Assembly: GCA_033762915.1 (NCBI GenBank)
Contig: JANRLD010000054.1
Span: forward strand, 1 to 64,000
Source: Meiothermus sp.
Lineage (GTDB): Bacteria > Deinococcota > Deinococci > Deinococcales > Thermaceae
Direction of reading: 5' to 3'
DNA: 64,000 nucleotides
Shown here: one piece after another, positions 7,586 through 17,285 of the stretch
How the letters are laid out: each line of letters starts with the position of its first letter
Numbering within the stretch: position 1 is the first letter of the stretch
Notes under the pieces: model-generated
Databases searched by the model: none
What the model saw: only the letters and a program-made list of their open reading frames with translations
Told to the model about the DNA's origin: nothing
Translations under genes and position numbers: made by a program

Positions 7586-9841
7586 GTGGCACTAAAACCT
7601 GTATACAAAGGGTGGAAACCCGACACCTGGGCCAGCCTTAGGCCGTTCGGCTGGGGCCTGCAAAAGCCCAACAACTTCCTCGAGATCTTCCGGGCGGTGG
7701 CCGAGAACGCCGACAACCTCGAGTACGCCTGGCGGGTGCTGAACGACGGGGTGTGCGACGGGTGTGCGCTGGGCACCTCGGGGCTGCGGGACTGGACCAT
7801 TGAGGGGGTTCACCTCTGCAACATTCGCCTGCGGCTGCTGCGGCTCAACACCATGGGGGCGCTGGACACGGGAAGGCTCGAGGACCTGTCGGCCCTGCAA
7901 GGCCGGACCTCGGCCGAGCTGCGCGAGCTGGGCCGTCTCCCCTACCCCATGCGGCGGGTGCGGGGCGAGCAAGGGTTCAGGCGGGTCAGCTGGGAGGAGG
8001 CGCTCGACCGAATCTCGCTCAAGGTCTGCCAAACCCACCCAGACAAACTGGGCTTTTACCTGACCAGCCGAGGCACCCCCAACGAGACCTACTACGCTGC
8101 CCAGAAGGCCGTGCGGGCGCTGGGGACCAACAACATCGACAACGCCGCCCGCATTTGCCACAGCCCCTCAACGGTGGCACTCAAGGAGGCGGTAGGGGTA
8201 GCGGCCACCACATGCAGCTACAAGGACCTGATCGGCACCGACCTGATCGTCTTTTTCGGCTCCAACCCCGCCGTGAACCAGCCGGTGCTGATGAAGTACC
8301 TGTACTACGCGAAAAAAGCCGGGACACAGGTGGTCTGCGTGAACCCCTACAAAGAGCCGGCGATGGACAAGTACTGGATTCCCTCTGACCCCGAGAGCGC
8401 GATTTTTGGGACCAAGATCACCGACCGCTTCTTCCTGGTGCAGCCGGGCGGCGACAGCGCCTTTCTGACCGGGGTCATGCGGCACCTGGTGGAGCAGGGC
8501 TGGTTGAACCAGGGCTTCATCGAGGGCCACACTACCGGCTTTGAGGCGGTGGCGGAGGCCGCGAAGGCGGCAGACTGGGCCGACCTCGAGCGCCGGAGCG
8601 GCCTGAGCAAGCTCGAGATGATGGAGTTCGCCCAGATGGTCGCCAGGGCCGAGCGGGCGGTGCTGGTCTGGAGCATGGGCATCACCCAGCACCTCTGCGG
8701 CGAGGACAACGTGAGCGCGATCGTGAACCTGGGGCTTTCGCAGGGCTTCCTGGGGCGCGAGGGCTGCGGGCTGATGCCCATCCGGGGCCACTCCGGGGTG
8801 CAGGGCGGGGCCGAGATGGGGGCCTACGCCAGCGCCTTCCCCGGCGGGCTGAGCGTGAACCCCGAGAACGCCGCCAGGCTGGGCCAGCAGTGGGGCTTTG
8901 AGGTGCCCGCTCGGCCCGGCCTGACCGTGACGGAGATGCTCGAGGGCGGCATGGGGATGCTCTGGAGCATGGGCGGCAACTTCCTCGAGACCCTCCCCCA
9001 GCCCGACCGGGTGGCCCGGCAGCTCGAGCAGATCCCGCTGCGGGTGCATCAAGACATCTTCCTCACCTCGCAGATGCTGGTCGAGGGCGAGGAGGTGATA
9101 CTGCTGCCCGCCACCACCCGCTACGAGATCGAGGGCGGCTGCACCGAGACCTCGACCGAGCGCCGGGTGATCTTCAGCCCGGAAATCCCGGGCCACCGCG
9201 TCGGCGAGGCCAAGCCGGAATTCTGGGCCATGCTCGAGGTAGCCAGGCGCTGCCGGAGGGACCTGGCCGAGCAGCTGAGTTTCGAGAACACCGCGGCGAT
9301 ACGGGCCGAAATTGCCCGGGTGGTGCCAACCTACGCCGGGATCGAGCGGCTCGAGAAGAAGGGCGACCAGTTCCAGTACGGCGGCCCTCACCTCTGCCCG
9401 GACGGGGTCTGCCCCACGCCGGACGGTCGCGCCCAGTTCAAGACCTTCGACCTGCCCGCCCCCAGCATCCCCGAGGGGGCCTTCCGGCTGGTCACGCGGC
9501 GCGGCAAGCAGTTCAACAGCATGGTGCACGAGCGCAATGATGCGGTGACGGGGGCGGGCCGCGACGCCGTGTTCATGAGCGCCAGGGACGCCGCCCAACT
9601 GGGGCTAGTCGAGGGGCAGGAGGTCTGGCTTGAGAACCCCCACGGCATCCTCAGGGGCCGGGTTCACCTGGCCGATGTCCATGCGGGCAGCGTGCAGGTA
9701 CACTGGCCAGAAGGAAACGTGCTGCTCGACCCCGCTGCAAGGTCGAGCCGGGCCAGAATTCCAGCCTTTAAGGAAGCCTATGTCCACATCCACCGCCATC
9801 CGCCGCAAGTCGAGAAGCAAGGTCTCGCTGTTGCGGGTTGA
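7586..9841 (+). CDS. FdhF/YdeP-family molybdopterin oxidoreductase
   Basis: CDGCALG...HLCNIR Fe-S region, ARICHSPS, PIRGHSGVQG, C-terminal TRRGKQFNS molybdopterin-binding domain. Confidence 0.9.
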   Translation: MALKPVYKGWKPDTWASLRPFGWGLQKPNNFLEIFRAVAENADNLEYAWRVLNDGVCDGCALGTSGLRDWTIEGVHLCNIRLRLLRLNTMGALDTGRLEDLSALQGRTSAELRELGRLPYPMRRVRGEQGFRRVSWEEALDRISLKVCQTHPDKLGFYLTSRGTPNETYYAAQKAVRALGTNNIDNAARICHSPSTVALKEAVGVAATTCSYKDLIGTDLIVFFGSNPAVNQPVLMKYLYYAKKAGTQVVCVNPYKEPAMDKYWIPSDPESAIFGTKITDRFFLVQPGGDSAFLTGVMRHLVEQGWLNQGFIEGHTTGFEAVAEAAKAADWADLERRSGLSKLEMMEFAQMVARAERAVLVWSMGITQHLCGEDNVSAIVNLGLSQGFLGREGCGLMPIRGHSGVQGGAEMGAYASAFPGGLSVNPENAARLGQQWGFEVPARPGLTVTEMLEGGMGMLWSMGGNFLETLPQPDRVARQLEQIPLRVHQDIFLTSQMLVEGEEVILLPATTRYEIEGGCTETSTERRVIFSPEIPGHRVGEAKPEFWAMLEVARRCRRDLAEQLSFENTAAIRAEIARVVPTYAGIERLEKKGDQFQYGGPHLCPDGVCPTPDGRAQFKTFDLPAPSIPEGAFRLVTRRGKQFNSMVHERNDAVTGAGRDAVFMSARDAAQLGLVEGQEVWLENPHGILRGRVHLADVHAGSVQVHWPEGNVLLDPAARSSRARIPAFKEAYVHIHRHPPQVEKQGLAVAG

Positions 9842-10634
9842 GAACGGGAGGGTCTCGCGCCGGTCGGATCAGGTGGCGACAGAGGAGCCGCTGGAGATTC
9901 GGCTCGAGGCCAAGGGCGGCAAAGCCGGGGAACGAAAGACCGTCGCAGTGACGATGCGGACACCGGGCCACGACTTCGAGTTGGCGCTGGGGTTTTTGTT
10001 CGCGGAGGGGGTGATCGGCTCGAGGGAGGAGGTGGCCCGGGCGGTCTACTGCACCAACGCGGGCGAGCCGCAGCAGTACAACATCGTAAACGTGGAGCTG
10101 CGGCGCGAGGGCTTGCCGGAGTTGGGAGGGCTGGATCGGCACTTTTTCACCAGTTCGGCCTGCGGGGTGTGCGGGAAGTCGGGGCTGGAGAACCTACAAC
10201 AGCGCTGTGCGCCCATTGTGTCGGGGCTGAGGGTCTCGGCGGGGGTGCTGAGGGGCCTGCCCCAGTCGCTGCGGAAGGGCCAAAAGCTGTTCGACAGCAC
10301 CGGCGGGCTGCACGCGGCGGCGCTGTTCGACGCGGAAGGAAACCTGCTGGCGCTGCGCGAGGATGTGGGGCGGCACAACGCGCTGGACAAGCTGATTGGC
10401 TTGGCGTTGATGGAGGGGCGGCTGCCGCTGTCGGAGTGCATGGTGTTGGTGAGCGGGCGGGCCAGCTACGAGCTGGCGCAGAAAGCGGTGGCGGCGGGCG
10501 TCCCCGTGCTGGCGGCCGTCTCGGCGCCCAGCAGCCTGGCGGTGGAGGTGGCGGAGGCGTTCGGGCTGACCCTGGTGGGCTTCCTGCGGGAGAGTTTCAA
10601 CGTCTACAGCGGCCTCGAGCGCATCGATCTATAG
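9780..10634 (+). CDS. fdhD: Formate dehydrogenase accessory sulfurtransferase
   Basis: EEPLEI, TMRTPGHD, SSACGVCGK, TGGLHAAA, EDVGRHNALDK motifs. Confidence 0.95.
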   Translation: MSTSTAIRRKSRSKVSLLRVENGRVSRRSDQVATEEPLEIRLEAKGGKAGERKTVAVTMRTPGHDFELALGFLFAEGVIGSREEVARAVYCTNAGEPQQYNIVNVELRREGLPELGGLDRHFFTSSACGVCGKSGLENLQQRCAPIVSGLRVSAGVLRGLPQSLRKGQKLFDSTGGLHAAALFDAEGNLLALREDVGRHNALDKLIGLALMEGRLPLSECMVLVSGRASYELAQKAVAAGVPVLAAVSAPSSLAVEVAEAFGLTLVGFLRESFNVYSGLERIDL

Positions 10635-10689
10635 GGCGCCCAGGTGAGCCGCGCCGACCTCCCCCCTTCCGCTGCCGTACACTTAGCCC

Positions 10690-11016
10690 ATGAAAGCCTA
10701 CCTCGGGCTCTACACCGCCCGCCTCGAGATGCCCTGGGTCAGCAGCCTCAAGGAGAAGCGGGCACTGGTTAAGCCGACCATCGAGCGGCTGCGCTCGAGG
10801 TTCCCCGTCTCCGCCGCCCGGCTGGCGGGCCAGGACAACCACACCTGGGAGGTGATCGGCTTTAGCCTGCTGGGCCACGATGGCGTCTGGGTGGAGACGG
10901 TGCTGCGCGAGGCCGCCGAGTTCATCGCCGCCCAGGGCGAGTACCAGGTGACCGAAGAGGACTGGAGCCTCGAGGAGATCGCCCTGGAGGACCTACTGCC
11001 GATGCGGACGAGATAG
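10690..11016 (+). CDS. DUF503 family protein
   Basis: SLKEKR..VK..IERLR.RF.VSAA...QD motif; TACACT -10 box 6 nt upstream of ATG. Confidence 0.85.
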   Translation: MKAYLGLYTARLEMPWVSSLKEKRALVKPTIERLRSRFPVSAARLAGQDNHTWEVIGFSLLGHDGVWVETVLREAAEFIAAQGEYQVTEEDWSLEEIALEDLLPMRTR

Positions 11017-11226
11017 AAGGGCAGTCCCAGGCGCACCGTGCCCCCAACCCTCTAGACGCCGGTTACCGCCGCGCCCACAATCCATTGCACGCAGAAGGTT
11101 CTCTCGTGTCCAAAAAAAGTCGTGGGGGGCTCGAGAGCCGTCTTAAGGTCGATTTGGACTTGTGTTTACTCGCTAGTTGCGCCACGGTAGAAGAAAGGAA
11201 TCAGCGGATACGATAAACACGTTTAT

Positions 11227-11313
11227 GGGCGGAGTGGCGTACGCCATAGCCGCAGAGCGTCTACCCGGGGCGGAGTGGCTTGCGCCATAGCCGCAGAGCG
11301 TCTACCCGGGGCG
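11227..11313. repeat. 41-bp tandem repeat (2 copies plus a fragment), each with an internal hairpin
   Basis: GGGCGGAGTGGCGTACGCCATAGCCGCAGAGCGTCTACCCG then GGGCGGAGTGGCTTGCGCCATAGCCGCAGAGCGTCTACCCG then GGGCG. Confidence 0.9.
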
Positions 11314-11435
11314 CAATCCCCTGCGGGAGCTGGCGGGCGAAATTTGGCATGCCAACTATGGAGACGCTGCTCGTCCTGACGCGCCGTTGACTTCCCTCCC
11401 CTGTTTCCCCTCACTTTGTAGCCTAAAATACCTTC

Positions 11436-12572
11436 ATGCGAGCAACTCTACGCGAACTGTGGGGCTACTTCTGGGTACGGGTGGCGGCAATTGTGGCGGT
11501 CGTGGTACTGGTGCTGTGGATGTTGGAGTGGGTCTGGAGCGGGGCCCGGAGCGCGGTGAACACGGTGGTGCTGGGGTTCGTGTTCGCCTACGTGGCCAAC
11601 CCGATGGTCAACTGGTTCGAGGGGCGGCGGCTGGGGCGCGGGCTGGGGATCTTGGCGGTGTTCGTGACCGTGATGATGTTCCTGGGGCTGGCCACGGTGC
11701 TGCTGGCCAGCATGGCGGGGCAGCTCACTCAGTTCGTGGGCAACTTGCCTGAGCAGGTCGCGCCGGCCCTCGAGTGGATCCAGCGGCTGCCCGACCAGGT
11801 CGGCCAGATCGAGTTGCCGACAGTCCTGCGCGACGCCCTAACCCAGGCCACCACCAACCTCCAAACCCTGCTTCAGGCCTTCTCCCAGACCCTGCTGCGG
11901 GGGCTGCAAACCCTGCTGGCCCAGGGCGGCAACCTGCTGGGCTTTGTCTCGGGGCTGCTGGGCGGCTTCTTCCAGCTTTTCACCGCGGTCACGCTGGCCA
12001 TCTACCTGATGGCCGACTTCAAGAAGATCGGCCAGAGCCTCTTCGACGCGGTGCCCGAGCCCTACCAGCCTCGCTTCGCCGAGCTGACGGGCAAGGCCCA
12101 CAAGGCCTTCGGGGGGTTCATCCAGGGCTCGATCATCGGCGGGTTCGCCACCGGCGGGGTCATCACAGTAGCGATGTACATCGCCTTCGGGATTTTTCAG
12201 GGCTTCGGGGGGGGCACCCTCACCCAGGCCATGTCGCTGGGCTTTCTGGCCTTTGTGTTCAGCTTCATCCCGGTAGTGGGGGTGCTGATCTCGGCGGTTC
12301 CGGCCATCCTGTTGTCGCTGCCGCTGGGCCTGTGGGGCATCGTCGCGGTGGCGGTAGCGCTGTGGCTGTGCAACCAAGCCCAGGGCATCATCGGCCCCAT
12401 CATCATGCGCTACACGGTCAGCCTGCACCCGGTTACTGGCATCGCGGCGGCGCTGATCGGGGGCTCGCTGTTCGGAGTGTTCGGGGCCATCCTCAGCACC
12501 CCGGTGGTGGCCTTCGCCAAGACCCTCTACACCGACTACTACCGTCCCTCGAGGTTTTACAAAGAAGGGTAG
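11436..12572 (+). CDS. AI-2E (PerM) family transporter
   Basis: Multi-TM protein with FAYVANP.V, FIPVVG, P.IM...SLHP, G.LFGV.GAIL..P motifs. Confidence 0.88.
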   Translation: MRATLRELWGYFWVRVAAIVAVVVLVLWMLEWVWSGARSAVNTVVLGFVFAYVANPMVNWFEGRRLGRGLGILAVFVTVMMFLGLATVLLASMAGQLTQFVGNLPEQVAPALEWIQRLPDQVGQIELPTVLRDALTQATTNLQTLLQAFSQTLLRGLQTLLAQGGNLLGFVSGLLGGFFQLFTAVTLAIYLMADFKKIGQSLFDAVPEPYQPRFAELTGKAHKAFGGFIQGSIIGGFATGGVITVAMYIAFGIFQGFGGGTLTQAMSLGFLAFVFSFIPVVGVLISAVPAILLSLPLGLWGIVAVAVALWLCNQAQGIIGPIIMRYTVSLHPVTGIAAALIGGSLFGVFGAILSTPVVAFAKTLYTDYYRPSRFYKEG

Positions 12573-12873
12573 GGGCGGGGCGAGAAAAAGGTTACCTAAA
12601 GCACCGGGCGGGGTGCGTCGGGGTAACAGCCGGGGGTGGGCAGCCGGACGCCGCACGACGGAGCGCGGGGAGGTTCTCGGCCCCAGCACGAGCCCGACCG
12701 GGGAGCACAAAACTTCGTTCCACTCACAGCGATCCCCGTCTCTCGCCGGGCGCCGTGGTTGGTTTCGCCCGACCTCCCTCGAGGACACCGCCGGGTCAAA
12801 ACCTGCGGCGTTTCCTCTAGAAACCTGGCGTTATGTTTTCGCCGTGGCTGGTTTTTTCCCCTAGGCTAGGGCC

Positions 12874-13593
12874 ATGAAGGCTTTCGCGGCTTTGCTTCGT
12901 CCTGTCCTCTGCCTGACCGCGCTGGGCAGCCTGTTGGTCTCCTGCACCCCGACCGCCCAGGCCGGCCAGAACGGCATCGTCCCGACCCCCGTCGCTACTC
13001 GGACCGCGGCCCCGACCAAACCGGCCCAGCAGTCCTCGGTGGTCCTGGCCGCCAGACCGCAGGCCGGGGCCACCAGCCGCCCCCAAAACCTCGCCGCCAC
13101 TCACCCGCCCCGCCCGGCCCAGACTTCCGCCCACTCGAGGGTGCGCTACGCCATCCCCGCCCGCTACACCGCGACCAGGGGCGAGGGACGGGTGCAGGGC
13201 GGCCAGTTCGACTACCTCGACGAGACCGGCAAGACCCTCACCGACGGCCTGCTGGGCGGCAACGACGTGCTGGCCGACCTCGGGCGGGGGGCCGCCCGGG
13301 AGTGGATTGGCTGGGGCCTGGCCCAACCCCGGCTCGAGTTCTTCTTTCCCGCTCCTGTCCGGCTCCAGCGCGTCCAGATCCGCTTCAACCGCAACGACCG
13401 GGCCTTCATCGGCCTGCCGGCCCGGGTCGTCATCAACGGCAGGAGCTTCGCCGTAAATCCCAAAAAACTGCCCGACCGCACCAGCGGCTACCTCAGCTTC
13501 GAGGGCCCTTTCAGCGGACGCAGCCTGAAGGTCGAGATCGCGCGGGGGCGGGGCTGGGTGTTTAGCGACGAGGCGCGGTTCGTGCTGCGTTAG
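12874..13593 (+). CDS. Lipoprotein with Pro/Ala/Thr-rich linker and a discoidin-like beta-sandwich domain
   Basis: Lipobox LLVSC; low-complexity linker; Y.D....LTDG..G...WIGW...W.FSDE.RF pattern. Confidence 0.65.
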   Translation: MKAFAALLRPVLCLTALGSLLVSCTPTAQAGQNGIVPTPVATRTAAPTKPAQQSSVVLAARPQAGATSRPQNLAATHPPRPAQTSAHSRVRYAIPARYTATRGEGRVQGGQFDYLDETGKTLTDGLLGGNDVLADLGRGAAREWIGWGLAQPRLEFFFPAPVRLQRVQIRFNRNDRAFIGLPARVVINGRSFAVNPKKLPDRTSGYLSFEGPFSGRSLKVEIARGRGWVFSDEARFVLR

Positions 13594-13787
13594 CGGAAGG
13601 ACACGAGGCGTCTCTGGACCAACCTGCCACCTGGGCGAGTCCCAATTTGACTCGGGTTCTTGGTCCCCGGTGCATGGGCTTCCCCACTACCAGCAATAGC
13701 TATCAGCAAGGTCCAACCCGCCGCAAAGGCAGGTAAAAGCACAGAGCGGCCAAACTTTCGGACCCCAGAAGCTGATCCTGATGGTCC

Positions 13788-14195
13788 CTAGGCCCTCGCC
13801 AGCGCCGCCCGCGCCCGGTCGGCCATGGAGTACAGCTTCTCCTTGGTGACAGGGAACTTGCCCTCCAGCGCAAGCCCTTTGCCCTCTTCCCAGTGGGCGT
13901 GGTAGTGGACGTGGCCGCCAGGGACGCGGAAGGAGACGTGCTTGAGCTTGGCGTGACGGGGGGAGACGGCGGCCATGAAGAAGGGCTCGCCGCGACCGTC
14001 GGACAGCGAGGCCACCGCGATGGTGGTGGGAACCTCGTAGGGGCGTTCCATGCGGTAAATGAAGTCGGGGAAGTCGGACTCCTTGACGAACTCCACGCCG
14101 CGCTCGGCGGCGTAGGCTTTCATCCATTCGATGACTTCGACCCAACTCTTGTAGAGCATTTCGTCGTGGTGGTGGTCGTGATCGTGTCCGGCCAT
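13788..14195 (-). CDS. nqo15: NADH-quinone oxidoreductase subunit 15 (frataxin-like)
   Basis: DFPDFIYRMERPY..PTT...ASLSDG.GEPF...VSPRHAKLK matches Thermus Nqo15 as recalled. Confidence 0.93.
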   Translation of the reverse strand: MAGHDHDHHHDEMLYKSWVEVIEWMKAYAAERGVEFVKESDFPDFIYRMERPYEVPTTIAVASLSDGRGEPFFMAAVSPRHAKLKHVSFRVPGGHVHYHAHWEEGKGLALEGKFPVTKEKLYSMADRARAALARA

Positions 14196-14204
14196 ATCGG
14201 CGTC

Positions 14205-14691
14205 ATTGTACCTGGGTTGGGGGGAAGCGGGTAGCGGGGGGAAAGTATGAAGGCTAGGAACGGGGAAAGAGGAAGGAGGAAAGGGAAGTTAAAGGAGGAA
14301 GGCGAAAGGCGACCCCCCCACGATCTGCGGGATGCCAAAGCGCCATCTACGCTACCGAGCGCCTTGCGTCCCCCCCCTGATGTTTGCGGCAAACTGATTT
14401 GACGGACTTGGTAGCACATATCTTTTACCCAAGGGGGGACAAGAAAAGCGAGGCCGCCTTACCTGGCCCCCTTGAGGGCTTGGTTTGCGGATAAATCGCC
14501 AACAATTCAAGGGCGGCAACTATTAGGGGGAGATGCAAGCCAGCAAACAATTCACCGAGCAAGACAAAACCCCGCAACTCGAGGGGGGGGTCGCTTTTGA
14601 TTTTGCCTTCTCTTTCCTCTTCCTTCCTTACTCACCTTTCGCTCTTAACATAATCCCCTTCACCATCCCCCCCACCCAAAACCAGTACGAT
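14205..14691. repeat. Diverged long inverted repeat (~125-bp arms) enclosing ~240 bp; MITE-like
   Basis: Left arm 14205-14331 (purine-rich, ending AAAGGCGACCCCCCCACGATCTGCGGG) aligns with the reverse complement of the right arm 14571-14691 (AAAAGCGACCCCCCCCTCGAGTTGCGGG). Confidence 0.7.
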
Positions 14692-14701
14692 TGTCAGAAG
14701 A

Positions 14702-16477
14702 ATGCACATCTTAGACCTACCCCCCCTGCCCGAGCAGCCTGGGGTCTACCTGTGGAAGACGGGCGAAACCATTATCTACGTGGGCAAAGCCAAGGTGCTC
14801 AAGAACCGCGTAACCAGCTACTTCCATGGCGAGGGCAAGGCCCTGCGGATTTCGTCGGAGGCAAACCACCTCGACTTCATCGTGGTGCGCGACGAGGTGG
14901 AGGCGCTGCTGCTCGAGGCCAACCTCATCAAGCTGCACCGGCCGCGCTACAACGTCCTGATGAAGGACGACAAGCACTACCCCTTCCTCAAGCTCACTCA
15001 CGAGGCCTGGCCCATGCTGATGGTGGTACGTCGGGTCCAGCAAGACGGCGCGCGCTACTGGGGCCCGTTCCCCGACGGCGGCGCAGTGCGCCGGATCAAG
15101 CGCCTGACCGACCGCATCTTCGCCCTGCGCAAGAACTCCGGCTTTCCCTTCAAGAAGCGGCGCTACCCCTGCCTCAACCACTCCATGGGGCGCTGCCTGG
15201 CCCCCTGCGTGGACAAGGCCGACCTGGCCGAGTACGCCAAGATCGTCCGGCAGGTCGAGAACCTGCTGGACGGCAAAGTGGACGAGCTCTTCGCCAGCCT
15301 CGAGGCCGGTATGCGTGAGGCGGCCAAAAACCAGGACTTCGAGCGCGCCGCCGAGATCCGCGACCAAGTTTCGGCGGTCAAGAGCTTCTTCGGCACCAGC
15401 CAGCAAGCCTTCGACCCCGACCTGGGCGACCTGGACTTTCTGGGCTTCGCCCGCCGCGGCGACTACGCCATGCTCCAGCACTACCAGATGCGCGGTGGGC
15501 AGATGCTGGGGCGCATCTCCCGACTGGTCGAGGGCGTTAAGGAGGCCACCGACACCGAGCTGCTCGAGGCCTTCATGCGCGACTACTACCTCGAGGCCAC
15601 CCCACTGCCCCCGCTGGTCTTGATCCCCTTCGAACTCGAGAGCCAGGACGCGCTGGCGGCTTTTCTATCCGGCAAGGGCCGCCGGGTCGAGGTGCGCGAG
15701 CCGCAGCGCGGCGACAAGACCCGCCTGATCGAGCTGGCCCAGAAGAACGCCGAGACCGCCCTCGAGACCGAGTTCAAGCTGATGGAGCGCAAGGGCAACC
15801 ACCCCGGCCTCAAGGCCCTGATGGACGTGCTGAACCTCTCGCGCAGCCCCTACCGCATCGAGGGCTACGACATCTCCAACCTGCTGGGCGAGAGCGTGGT
15901 GGGAAGCATCACCGTCTTCGAGGGCGGCCGGCCCAAGAAGGCCGAGTACCGCCGCATGAAGATCAAGGGCCTTAAGGGTCAGCCCGACGACTTCTACTCC
16001 ATGGAGCAGACCATCACCCGCCGCTTCACCGGCGGCCTGGCCGAGAACATGCCGGTGCCCGACCTGCTCCTGATCGACGGCGGGCTGGGCCAAGTGCGGG
16101 CCGCCCTGAAAGGCCTACAGGCGGCGGGCCTCGAGGTGCCGCTGGTGGGCCTGGCCAAGCGCGAGGAAACCCTGGTACTGCCCGACGGAAAGGAAATCCA
16201 CCTCCCCCTGACCCACCCGGCCCTGCAACTCTTGATTTATCAGCGCGACGAGACCCACCGCAACGGCCTCGAGTTCCACCGCAAGCTCCGCAGCCAAAAG
16301 TCCCTCAAGAGCAACTTCGACGACATCCCCGGCATCGGCCCGGCCCGCAAGATGGCGTTGCTACAGAACTTCTCGACGCTCGAGGAGCTGAAGGCAATGG
16401 ACGTAGAGCAGTTGGCCAAGCTGCCGGGGCTGGACAAGCGCAGTGCCCAAGCGGTGTTGAAGGCGTTGAATGAGTAG
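14702..16477 (+). CDS. uvrC: Excinuclease ABC subunit C
   Basis: GIY-YIG N-terminus (PGVY...IYVGKAK.LKNRV.SYF), UVR domain, RNase H-like PDLLLIDGG.GQ, C-terminal HhH. Confidence 0.97.
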   Translation: MHILDLPPLPEQPGVYLWKTGETIIYVGKAKVLKNRVTSYFHGEGKALRISSEANHLDFIVVRDEVEALLLEANLIKLHRPRYNVLMKDDKHYPFLKLTHEAWPMLMVVRRVQQDGARYWGPFPDGGAVRRIKRLTDRIFALRKNSGFPFKKRRYPCLNHSMGRCLAPCVDKADLAEYAKIVRQVENLLDGKVDELFASLEAGMREAAKNQDFERAAEIRDQVSAVKSFFGTSQQAFDPDLGDLDFLGFARRGDYAMLQHYQMRGGQMLGRISRLVEGVKEATDTELLEAFMRDYYLEATPLPPLVLIPFELESQDALAAFLSGKGRRVEVREPQRGDKTRLIELAQKNAETALETEFKLMERKGNHPGLKALMDVLNLSRSPYRIEGYDISNLLGESVVGSITVFEGGRPKKAEYRRMKIKGLKGQPDDFYSMEQTITRRFTGGLAENMPVPDLLLIDGGLGQVRAALKGLQAAGLEVPLVGLAKREETLVLPDGKEIHLPLTHPALQLLIYQRDETHRNGLEFHRKLRSQKSLKSNFDDIPGIGPARKMALLQNFSTLEELKAMDVEQLAKLPGLDKRSAQAVLKALNE

Positions 16478-16520
16478 GTGTGGGGACCTTTTCCAGGAAT
16501 CAAGGGAATAGACTTTGTGC

Positions 16521-17279
16521 ATGTTTGAAAGAAAATTGGGGGAGCTACTCGAGCTTCAGACAAAGGTTCGCCATCTTCACCCGCTATTCGAGGAGCATTA
16601 CTCCGTGGTCTTGGTTGAAACATACCGGATTGTTAGTTACCGTTTTGAAAATGGAGCTTACAAGCTCCATCGAATACGACCAAACATAGAAGACTGGCCG
16701 ACCACTCTACCACTCTCGCTACCAGCCGCTTTCTCGGTGCAGATCTTGAGCGGCGAAGTCGCCTGCGTCGCCAAAGCTGAGTCACTGGATGACATAGCTG
16801 GAAAGGTGATGATGTTGCACGAGTTCGTCCACTGCCACCAAGCCCGTACCTGCTACCACAAGCTGGCCGAAAGTCTCGAAATAGTGAGAGAAGGAGAGGC
16901 AGCACGAAACGAGAACTGGATGCTTAACTTTCCATTCCCTTACGACCATCCTTCCTTTGTGGATTCCTTTTACACTTACCTCGAGTCTACCCCTGAAACC
17001 TTGCTAGAAGCCAGGCGTAGGGTTCTCCAAACACTTACCCCAAAAGACCGCGAATACATGGTCTGGCAGGAGTGGATGGAGGGATTTGCGCGCCACCTAG
17101 AAAACCGTATCCAGCAGTTTTTGGGTCTGCCTTTGAATCTCTACGCAGCCAAGCTGCCGTTCAACCGGGTCTCGTTCTACGCCAGCGGTGCAAAGACGAT
17201 TGGGCACTTGACGGCGCTTGAGCCAGCCCTCGAGACCGACCTCGAGAGCCTTTACCACCAAATGAACCAACGCTGGTGA
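16521..17279 (+). CDS. Hypothetical protein with HExxH motif (possible gluzincin-like)
   Basis: HEFVH plus downstream WMEGFA; lower GC than neighbours. Confidence 0.6.
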   Translation: MFERKLGELLELQTKVRHLHPLFEEHYSVVLVETYRIVSYRFENGAYKLHRIRPNIEDWPTTLPLSLPAAFSVQILSGEVACVAKAESLDDIAGKVMMLHEFVHCHQARTCYHKLAESLEIVREGEAARNENWMLNFPFPYDHPSFVDSFYTYLESTPETLLEARRRVLQTLTPKDREYMVWQEWMEGFARHLENRIQQFLGLPLNLYAAKLPFNRVSFYASGAKTIGHLTALEPALETDLESLYHQMNQRW

Positions 17280-17285
17280 CCGAAT

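Noticed and set aside
11227..11313. Mini CRISPR array
   Set aside because: Units are directly adjacent with no unique spacers, and no cas genes are present.
12573..12860. Riboswitch or ncRNA in the GC-rich intergenic region
   Set aside because: Only short hairpins; no family motif that I can recognise.
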